Positions 57,074 through 64,000 of a stretch of 64,000 bases of DNA are shown one piece after another (position 1 is the first letter of the stretch; every line of letters begins with the position of its first letter). The notes beneath the pieces were generated by a model that worked only from the letters and a program-made list of their open reading frames with translations, was not told the DNA's origin and ran no database searches. Source of the DNA: Symbiobacteriaceae bacterium (GTDB lineage Bacteria > Bacillota > Sulfobacillia > Symbiobacteriales > Symbiobacteriaceae); NCBI GenBank assembly GCA_035628915.1, contig DASPIW010000057.1, forward strand, positions 252,262-316,261, written 5' to 3'. Made by a program: the position numbers and the translations under genes.

Positions 57074-58897
57074 ATGGCCTTTGACAGTACCGTCATGGCG
57101 GCAGTGGTCGCCGAACTGAGCGACCGCCTGACCGCCGGGCGCATCAGCAAGATCTATCAGCCGCAACCCGATGAAATCGCCCTGCTCATCTATGCCGGTG
57201 GCGCCAATCACCGGCTTCTGGTCTCTGCCAACGCCCGCTTCGCCCGGCTGCATCTGAGCCGCATCGAAAAGAAGAACCCGCCCCATCCCCCCACCTTCTG
57301 CATGCTGCTGCGCAAGTATGTGGAAGGGGGGCGGATTCTGGCCATCCGGCAGGTGGGGCGTGAGCGCATCTGCCGCATCCATATCGGCGTGACGGATGAA
57401 CTGGGCAACCCCGCCGAGTTCGTTTTGGTGGCCGAAATGATGGGCAAACACTCCAACATCGTCCTCCTGAACCCCCAGGGGCGAATTGTGGATGCGATCC
57501 GCCGTGTGACCGAAGAAGTCAACCGCTACCGGGAGCTGCTCCCGGGTCTTGCCTACGTACCGCCGCCCCCGGTGGGCAAGCTGGACCCTGCGGCCATTGC
57601 CCCGGCCGACCTGTCGCCCGGCGACGATCCGGCCAAACCCGTCTGGCAGATGCTCCTCGACCGGGTAGACGGTCTGGGCCCCCTGCTGGCGAAGGAGGCC
57701 GCTGTCCGGGCCGGCTATGCCCCCGAAACGCCTGCCAGCCGCACCGCCCCCGAAGCCCTGACGGCCGTTGTTCGCGAACTGGCCAGCCCTCAGGAATACC
57801 AGCCCTGCCTCCTCCTGGACCCGGAGGGCCGGCTCAAGGACTACCACGTCCTGCCCCTCCAGTCGTGGCCCGGTCCCGTGCAGACGGGCTTCACGTCAAT
57901 CTGCGCCGGGTTGGAAGCGTTCTACGGGCGCAAGGAAGAGTCCGACCGGCTGGCCGCGCTGCGAGGCAGCCTGAGCAAACTCGTTCGTGATGAAGCCGCA
58001 CGCGTCCGGCGCAAACTCCATCTGCAAACCGAGTCGCAAAAAACGGCGGAGAACGCCGAGGAGTTCCGCATCAAAGGCGAGTTGATCACGGCCAATCTGT
58101 GGCAGATCAAAAAAGGCGACGAAGCCGCCGCCGTGGTCAATTACTACGATCCGGAAGGCAGCATGGTCAACATCGCGCTGGACCCGGCCCTGAGCCCCGC
58201 CGAAAACGCCCAGGCGTACTACCGCCGGTATCAGAAGGCACGCAGCGGCAAGCAGGTCATCACCCAACAGGTGGAAAAGTCGGCCCAGGAGTTGGCCTAC
58301 CTAGAGCAGGTGGAAGCCACGCTGCTGGCTGCCGCGTCCTTGCCCGAGCTTGAGGAGATCCGGCGGGAACTGCAGGCCGAAGGCTATCTGGGGGAGAAAA
58401 AGGAACGCAAGGGCTCGTCCGGGAAAACCGCCGAAGAGAAGCCGGTCCCACCGCTCGCCGTGCATTCCACGGACGGGCTGGAAATCTGGATCGGTCGCAA
58501 TAATAAACAGAACGACTATTTAACGCTAAAGCTTGCGGCGCCCCACGACATCTGGCTCCATACCAAAGAGATTCCCGGCTCGCACGTGATCCTGCGGGTC
58601 CCGCCGGGACAGCCCGTACCCGACCGGGCCATCCATGAGGCCGCGGCACTGGCCGCCTGGTACTCCCGTGGGCGCGAATCGGCCGCGGTGCCCGTGGACT
58701 ACGCCCTGCGCAAGCACGTGCGCAAGCCGGCGGGCGCCCGCCCCGGCATGGTCATCTACGAACAGCAGAAGACGCTGTGGGTGACCCCGGACCCGGAACT
58801 GAACCCGATTCTCAAACGGCACTTGGGGGGACAGGCGAATGGGGGAACTGGAGAGACTGGTCGCGACGGTGGAAGCAGCGATCCGATCGCACGTTGA
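57074..58897 (+). CDS. rqcH: NFACT-family ribosome quality-control protein RqcH (FbpA/YloA-like)
   Basis: 607 aa. NFACT-N: MAFDSTVMAAVVAELS..ISKIYQPQPDEI. Central coiled coil. NFACT-R: IWLHTKEIPGSHVIL. Confidence 0.9.
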   Translation: MAFDSTVMAAVVAELSDRLTAGRISKIYQPQPDEIALLIYAGGANHRLLVSANARFARLHLSRIEKKNPPHPPTFCMLLRKYVEGGRILAIRQVGRERICRIHIGVTDELGNPAEFVLVAEMMGKHSNIVLLNPQGRIVDAIRRVTEEVNRYRELLPGLAYVPPPPVGKLDPAAIAPADLSPGDDPAKPVWQMLLDRVDGLGPLLAKEAAVRAGYAPETPASRTAPEALTAVVRELASPQEYQPCLLLDPEGRLKDYHVLPLQSWPGPVQTGFTSICAGLEAFYGRKEESDRLAALRGSLSKLVRDEAARVRRKLHLQTESQKTAENAEEFRIKGELITANLWQIKKGDEAAAVVNYYDPEGSMVNIALDPALSPAENAQAYYRRYQKARSGKQVITQQVEKSAQELAYLEQVEATLLAAASLPELEEIRRELQAEGYLGEKKERKGSSGKTAEEKPVPPLAVHSTDGLEIWIGRNNKQNDYLTLKLAAPHDIWLHTKEIPGSHVILRVPPGQPVPDRAIHEAAALAAWYSRGRESAAVPVDYALRKHVRKPAGARPGMVIYEQQKTLWVTPDPELNPILKRHLGGQANGGTGETGRDGGSSDPIAR

Positions 58898-59264
58898 GCC
58901 GCCCGATTTCGGCCACGGGAAAGTCAGCGTCTGGATCAAGCTGGTCAGGCCGGCAAAGGCGCCCGACCCGGAAGAGACCGTCGGACAGGTCCACAAAGTG
59001 CTGCTGACCGTCTCCAGCTTCGACGACCTGGTTGAGCAGGTGGCGGAGAACCTGGTGGTGGCCATCTTCGGCGGCGATGTGCAGGTGGTTTCGAGCATGC
59101 CCAACCTGATCGTCAAACTGATGGAGAAGAAGGCATACGTCCCCCTGCCGGGCGCCCCGCCCATCGATCAGAGCGGGCAAGTCTTTTTGAAGGCGACGGT
59201 CTATCGGTGGGAGCCCAGCCTTTGGGACCAGATTTTCGGCAAGAAAGACGAGCGGACGGATTAA
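58839..59264 (+). CDS. Hypothetical 141-aa protein
   Basis: High-GC3 coding-like frame, GGGGGG upstream of the ATG, followed by a hairpin. I recognise no family. Overlaps the rqcH 3' end by 59 nt. Confidence 0.5.
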   Translation: MGELERLVATVEAAIRSHVEPPDFGHGKVSVWIKLVRPAKAPDPEETVGQVHKVLLTVSSFDDLVEQVAENLVVAIFGGDVQVVSSMPNLIVKLMEKKAYVPLPGAPPIDQSGQVFLKATVYRWEPSLWDQIFGKKDERTD

Positions 59265-59282
59265 CCCCGTCCGCTTTCCGCT
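59251..59282 (+). terminator. Hairpin terminator after the 141-aa ORF
   Basis: AGCGGACGG-7 nt-CCGTCCGCT followed by TTCCGCTT. The stem includes the stop codon. Confidence 0.5.
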
Positions 59283-60565
59283 TATAGTTGTACGGGTACC
59301 GGTGAGCCGGTGCGCCTGACCCGCGCCCCGAGTCCCGCCAGCTTCGTCTCCAGCCCCTCGTAGCCCCGGTCGAGGAAGTGCAGCCCTTCCACGGTCGATT
59401 CGCCTTCCGCCGCCAGCGCCCCGACAATCAGGGCCGCGGTCGCCCGCAAGTCGGTCCCTGCCATCGGCGCCCCGCTCAGGGCGGGCACGCCCGAAATCAA
59501 GGCCGTCGTCCCGCCGGCGACCCGAATCTGGGCGCCCAGCCGCTCCAGTTCCCGCGTGTAGCCAAAGCGCCCGTCGAAGACCCGCTCCTCGACCAGCGAA
59601 TCGCCCGCGGCCCGGCAGAGCGCCGCCACCAGCACGGGCTGTATGTCCGTCGCCAGCGCCGGAAACGGCCCCGTCACGGCCTCCACTGCCCGCAAGCGGT
59701 CCGGCGCCATCACCCGCACGGCACCGGACTCGACTGCGCAGGCGCAGCCCATCTTCGTCAGCAGGCGGGGCAGTCCGTCCAGCGTCCAGGGGGCAATCCC
59801 CTCCACCCGGACATCGCCGCCGGTGGCGGCCCCGGCCAGCAGGCAGGTCCCGGCTTCAATTCGGTCGCCGGGCACATCATAGGTGACGGGATGCAGCCGG
59901 CTGACCCCCTCTACTTCCACCGTAGCCGTACCGGCACCAGCGATGCGGGCACCGGCCCGGTTGAGGAACGCCGCAACCGCCCATACTTCCGGCTCCTGCG
60001 CCGCCCCGAAAATGCGGCTGACGCCGGGCGTAACGCAGGCCGCCAACAAGGCGTTTATCGTCGCTCCAACAGAACTGCCGAAGGGGCCCACCAGCGTCAT
60101 GTCGGCCCCACGGAGCCGCACCGCCTCCGCCCAGGCTTCGCCTGCTTCAATGCCCGTGCGGGCGCCCAGCGCCTCGAACGCCCGAAAATGCAGATCGATG
60201 GGCCGGGCGCCGATGCTGCAGCCCCCGGGCAGACCGACCCGGGCCCGTCCCAACCGCCCCAGCAACGGGCCCATCAAATAGTAGGAAGCCCGCATCTTCC
60301 GTGCCAGTTCCGTCGGCGGCGGGCCTTCCTCCAAGCGCCCGCCGGCAATCACCAGCGTATGCCGGTCCGTCCACTCCGAGGCAACGCCCACCGCCGCCAT
60401 CAGCGAGCGGAGAATTTCAATATCTGCGATGCGGGGGACGCCCCTCAGCACCGACTCGCCCGCGGGCAACATGGCTGCCGCCATCAAGGCAAGGGCGCCG
60501 TTCTTTGATCCCGAAACCGGCACGGTACCGACCAGCCGGGTGCCGCCGGTGATCTGCAGACACAT
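59282..60565 (-). CDS. murA: UDP-N-acetylglucosamine 1-carboxyvinyltransferase
   Basis: 427 aa. Motifs: GSKNGALALMAAAML; active-site Cys context LPGGCSIGARPIDLH. Confidence 0.95.
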   Translation of the reverse strand: MCLQITGGTRLVGTVPVSGSKNGALALMAAAMLPAGESVLRGVPRIADIEILRSLMAAVGVASEWTDRHTLVIAGGRLEEGPPPTELARKMRASYYLMGPLLGRLGRARVGLPGGCSIGARPIDLHFRAFEALGARTGIEAGEAWAEAVRLRGADMTLVGPFGSSVGATINALLAACVTPGVSRIFGAAQEPEVWAVAAFLNRAGARIAGAGTATVEVEGVSRLHPVTYDVPGDRIEAGTCLLAGAATGGDVRVEGIAPWTLDGLPRLLTKMGCACAVESGAVRVMAPDRLRAVEAVTGPFPALATDIQPVLVAALCRAAGDSLVEERVFDGRFGYTRELERLGAQIRVAGGTTALISGVPALSGAPMAGTDLRATAALIVGALAAEGESTVEGLHFLDRGYEGLETKLAGLGARVRRTGSPVPVQL

Positions 60566-60628
60566 GCAGAACCCCCCGTTATCAGAGCTTTCAAGCTCTA
60601 TAACGAGGGGGTGCTTCTATTGGTTACG

Positions 60629-63067
60629 CTATTTTCCCAAAGTCCGTACGGTCATCACAACCGCCTCAGCCCGGGTTGCCTGGCGGAACGGCCCGAAGGT
60701 ATACGCGCCCCCTGCCTCCTGATACCCGCTGATGATGCCCTGCTCCACCGCAACAGCGATGTAGCCCGGCTTCGCCCAGGTGCCGGCATCGGTGAACGTG
60801 CGCCCGGCTACAGTGGCAGCACCGCCCGTCACCGTTAGCTTGCGGGCCCGCGCCTCGCTGTCGCGCCCCAGCGCCCGCGTGATCATGACTGCCATCTCTT
60901 CCCGCGAGATCGCCTGGTCCGGCAGGAACCTGCCGCCCGGATACTCCGCCGGCACCACGATGCCGGCCTGCACGGCGGCCCCGATGTAGCCCTGCGCTGC
61001 GACCCAGTGCTGAGCCGTATCGGACAGCCTGCCGGCATCGCCGGGCCGGAGGGCCAGGCGGCGAACGCCGGCCAGCATCTTGACGAAGGCTGCCCGGGTC
61101 AGGGGGTCGTCCGGCCGGAACTGTCCCGCGCCGACGCCGCTCACGACGCCATCCCGCAGCAGCTGGATAATCTGCGGCCGCGCCCAATGGCTGCCGATGT
61201 CGCTCATGCCCACCCGAATGCGCCCATCCACCACCGGCACGTGTTCGAGGGTCAGGCGGCTCAGGAACTCCCGCTCAATGTACGTCTCGCCGCCCACCCG
61301 CTGCACGGGCAGCGTCAGCGTGTACGTGACATCCGACACCGTCGAACCTACGCGGCCCAGCGTGAAGTCCCCGAGCCGCCCGGCCCATGTCCAATAGCTC
61401 CGGTCGATTTCATCGATGCTCACCCGGGTCGCGCCAAGCTCCGCCAGCGCCCGCTCGGGCAAGAGCACCTGGCCGCCGGTGTGGGCCAGCGCAGGCTGGT
61501 CCAGCCTGACGCCGTGCACCAACACCGGAATTTCCGAAAAGGCGGGGCCGCCGGCCGCGAACTCCACGCTGCCGGCCTCCAGGAAGGAGTCCCACCGGAC
61601 CTCTCGCCCAGCGGGTGTCACCACCAGCAAATCCTTGGCTCCGTAGGTCAGCCCCGGCGGGGGTTCAAAAGTGAAGCGCGCACCGGACTGGATTGCCACG
61701 TTCCGCACGGGCAGGCCGCCCAGGAAGACCTGCATCCCCTGGCCGAAACCCGTGCCATCCACGGCGACCCGGGTCAGCACCCCGCCGACCGTGGTGGTCG
61801 TCATGCGGCGCGGACTCGGGGCATGTTCGGGAGCCGTTGTAAAGGACCAGGTATGGTTATATGGCTGAGGTCCCGTGCCCGTATCAACCGTACCCGCCAT
61901 CGTCACGGTGTATTCGGCGCCGGGCACCAGCGGTGCGTATGGAATCAGGGCGACCGTGTCACGCAGGTGACTGTCCTTGCCGGGGGTAAAGGACATGGCT
62001 TCCACGCCGCCGGCGGGACCCCTGAGCGACCAGGGTCCGAGCGTCAGGCTCGCTACCCTGCCGCCGAACGTCAGCGTAATCGTGTAGCCCACGGGCCGCC
62101 CCACCCCGGGATAGAGCCGGAACGGGTCGGGCGACTCCAAGCCATCCCACCCGGTGGGCACATTGGTCTGCCCGGGGTAAGGCCAGGCCACAGCGCCAGG
62201 CGCATCGTCGGACGGCCCGGCATTCACCACATTGACCAGCCCGCCGCCGCTGCCCGCCAGGCCGTACCCCATCGCCTGATTGCCCGGATGCAGCAATGGG
62301 ATGCGGTGATAGATCGTCTCCATCCAGCCGTCAACGGCCTCTTCGGCCCGGTCGGTGAAGTTGATCACCTCGCCGGTGCCGCCGCCGTAGCCGTAGAACA
62401 CCGCCCGGTCCAGGGTGGTGGCGCCGAAAAACAGCTGCCGCCCCGGCGTTTCGCCGTGGGCATCGTCCTCACGCTGCTGGGGGTTGGCCGCCAGATACCG
62501 GGCATGGCCTTCCGCCGCGGCCCCGAGGGCCGCGTCGTACGCCATGGGCGCCACCCCGGCAGCCTTGCGGTACCAGTTGACCCGCTGCAAAGCCCGCAGC
62601 TCCTCCGGCCCCGGGGGCGGGAGGAGCTCGACGGCGCCGCCCGCCACCGTGAAGCTGAACTCGCTAACGAGGGGATCGTAGACGAACAGATCCGACGCCG
62701 GGTTGATCTCGACAATCAGACGGGCCGTATGTGTGCCCGGCGCCAGGGGGACCGCGGGCACGTACTTGACCAGCCCGGTCTCATCCCAGGTGGGCTCAAC
62801 CCGGTTTCCGTCCAGGTATAGCCGGGCGGATTTAATCGATTCCCCCGCACCCAGGCTGAACTGCTGCTGAATAGGCGGCCGGCTGGTGCCGACGGTGCCC
62901 CGGGGCGTTGCTTCACGGTAGTAGACCGCTCGGGCCGGTTGCGTGGCCAGGAGCATCAAGGCAAGTACCAGCCAGCCAACCGCCCTGCGGACGACGTGGG
63001 CAGCCCTCACTTCATTCACCCCAGTAGGATAGTCGTAATTCCTGTATTTTCGTTGTAGGCCCCGCAT
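60629..63067 (-). CDS. Cell-wall-anchored secreted protein: CAP/SCP (YkwD-like) domain, Ig-like segments, three C-terminal SLH domains
   Basis: CAP motif: ALQRVNWYRKAAGVAPMAYDAALGAAAEGHARYL. SLH repeats: HWARPQIIQLLRDGVVSG, HWVAAQGYIGAAVQAGIV, WAKPGYIAVAVEQGIISG. The start is uncertain among 63112, 63067 and GTG 63010, the last preceding the signal peptide RRAVGWLVLALMLLATQPARA. Confidence 0.8.
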   Translation of the reverse strand: MRGLQRKYRNYDYPTGVNEVRAAHVVRRAVGWLVLALMLLATQPARAVYYREATPRGTVGTSRPPIQQQFSLGAGESIKSARLYLDGNRVEPTWDETGLVKYVPAVPLAPGTHTARLIVEINPASDLFVYDPLVSEFSFTVAGGAVELLPPPGPEELRALQRVNWYRKAAGVAPMAYDAALGAAAEGHARYLAANPQQREDDAHGETPGRQLFFGATTLDRAVFYGYGGGTGEVINFTDRAEEAVDGWMETIYHRIPLLHPGNQAMGYGLAGSGGGLVNVVNAGPSDDAPGAVAWPYPGQTNVPTGWDGLESPDPFRLYPGVGRPVGYTITLTFGGRVASLTLGPWSLRGPAGGVEAMSFTPGKDSHLRDTVALIPYAPLVPGAEYTVTMAGTVDTGTGPQPYNHTWSFTTAPEHAPSPRRMTTTTVGGVLTRVAVDGTGFGQGMQVFLGGLPVRNVAIQSGARFTFEPPPGLTYGAKDLLVVTPAGREVRWDSFLEAGSVEFAAGGPAFSEIPVLVHGVRLDQPALAHTGGQVLLPERALAELGATRVSIDEIDRSYWTWAGRLGDFTLGRVGSTVSDVTYTLTLPVQRVGGETYIEREFLSRLTLEHVPVVDGRIRVGMSDIGSHWARPQIIQLLRDGVVSGVGAGQFRPDDPLTRAAFVKMLAGVRRLALRPGDAGRLSDTAQHWVAAQGYIGAAVQAGIVVPAEYPGGRFLPDQAISREEMAVMITRALGRDSEARARKLTVTGGAATVAGRTFTDAGTWAKPGYIAVAVEQGIISGYQEAGGAYTFGPFRQATRAEAVVMTVRTLGK

Positions 63068-63136
63068 TTCCCTCCGCCCCAGGTGGGCGAGAGAGGCAAG
63101 GGCGCCTGCCAACCGCCCGGCAGGCGCCCCCGTTCA

Positions 63137-64000
63137 TCACTCCGCTCCGAATGCCCCGGCGGTGCTCAGCGCCCCTTCCGGCGCTGGCCGGGTTTCACGG
63201 CGCTCGCGGCGGGCGACCCCGGATTCGTATGCCGCCGCCTCCACCGCCTGGCCCACCGCCTCCACGACCTTCTTGTTGAAGACGGACGGAATGATATACT
63301 CGGCATGCAGTTCATCGCTCTTCACGACCGAAGCGATGGCCCGGGCCGCGGCCAGCTTCATGGCATCGTTAACCTGCCGGGCACGGCAGTCGAGTGCGCC
63401 CCGGAAGATGCCCGGGAAGCACAGCAGGTTGTTGACCTGATTGGGGTAGTCGGACCGGCCCGTCGCCAGGACGGCGACATGCGGAGCGGCCTCTTCCGGA
63501 TCGATCTCCGGCGTCGGGTTCGCCATCGCAAAGACGATCGGATCCCTGGCCATCTTCTTGATGTGCGATACGGTCAGCACGCCGGGGCCCGAGACGCCGA
63601 TAAAGACATCCGCCCCCTCAATCGCCTCGTTCAACGTGCCGTGAATGTTGCGTGGGTTAGTGTTCTCCGCATACCACTGCCACATCTGATTGGTCGGGTA
63701 CTCCCTTCCCCGCTCGATAATCCCCTGCCGGTCAACGCCGACGATATCCGTAATGCCAGCCAACTGCAGCATCTTCGAGATGGCGACGCCCGCGGCGCCG
63801 ATACCGACGATGACGACTTTGAGGGCCGCCAGTTCCTTCTTAACGACCTTTGCGGCGTTCATCAAGCCTGACAGCACCACCACGGCGGTGCCGTGCTGGT
63901 CGTCATGGAAGACGGGGATGTCCAGCTCCTGCTTGAGGCGCTCTTCTATGTAGAAGCAGCGGGGCGAGGCAATGTCTTCCAGGTTGATGCCGCCAAAGGT
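63137..64000 (-). CDS. NAD(P)-dependent malic enzyme (N-terminus beyond the window edge)
   Basis: The frame continues upstream of the track start: TFGGINLEDIASPRCFYIEERLKQELDIPVFHDDQHGTAVVVL, then the Rossmann motif VIVGIGAAGVA. Confidence 0.88.
   Translation of the reverse strand, partial: TFGGINLEDIASPRCFYIEERLKQELDIPVFHDDQHGTAVVVLSGLMNAAKVVKKELAALKVVIVGIGAAGVAISKMLQLAGITDIVGVDRQGIIERGREYPTNQMWQWYAENTNPRNIHGTLNEAIEGADVFIGVSGPGVLTVSHIKKMARDPIVFAMANPTPEIDPEEAAPHVAVLATGRSDYPNQVNNLLCFPGIFRGALDCRARQVNDAMKLAAARAIASVVKSDELHAEYIIPSVFNKKVVEAVGQAVEAAAYESGVARRERRETRPAPEGALSTAGAFGAE

Overview
This is a high-GC (roughly mid-60s % by eye) Bacillota-type chromosomal segment, and almost every long alternate-frame ORF in the track is a GC-driven shadow of a real gene. 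All calls come from reading the translations and DNA by eye; no searches or folding were run.

Backbone: the window carries the conserved Bacillus 'ylo' cluster on the minus strand, in this order: rsgA(cpgA)-prkC-prpC-rlmN-rsmB ... fmt-def-priA-coaBC-rpoZ-gmk-remA-yicC ... Ca-ATPase(yloB-like) ... rqcH(yloA-like).

Three blocks interrupt that backbone:
1. About 20 kb between rsmB and fmt (6.0-26.2 kb), packed with signalling genes.
 - A sigma-less partner-switching operon: 2 STAS proteins, a PP2C phosphatase, 2 RsbW-like kinase modules (one fused to a membrane HD-GYP c-di-GMP phosphodiesterase), a FapA/DUF342 protein and a PilZ-like protein.
 - An S8 subtilase with a DQLSW(S/T) hexapeptide array.
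 - A pseudo-receiver-PP2C gene.
 - A four-gene, translationally coupled c-di-GMP phosphorelay operon: PAS/GAF-GGDEF-EAL, hybrid histidine kinase, CheY-like receiver, and REC-HPt-REC-REC-GGDEF.
 - A YugP peptidase gene and a SUI1/YciH gene.
2. dapL-dapF plus a Gly/Thr/Ala-rich lipoprotein, at 33.6-36.8 kb.
3. About 17 kb at 39.7-57.0 kb:
 - USP, DUF2249 and a stalk-domain protein.
 - A HlyD-ABC-MacB efflux operon.
 - A monoderm-type Tad/Flp pilus operon (cpaB-tadZ-cpaF-tadB-tadC-tadE-tadG) that ends with two atypical secreted proteins and a 50-codon flp pilin gene absent from the ORF track.
 - An M6 metalloprotease.

The 3' end of the window holds murA, an SLH-anchored CAP-domain wall protein and a partial malic enzyme gene.

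I recognised no tRNA, rRNA, CRISPR array, transposase or integrase.

The best candidate for something new is the c-di-GMP-linked partner-switching operon at 6.2-12.3 kb, followed by the atypical tail of the Tad operon.
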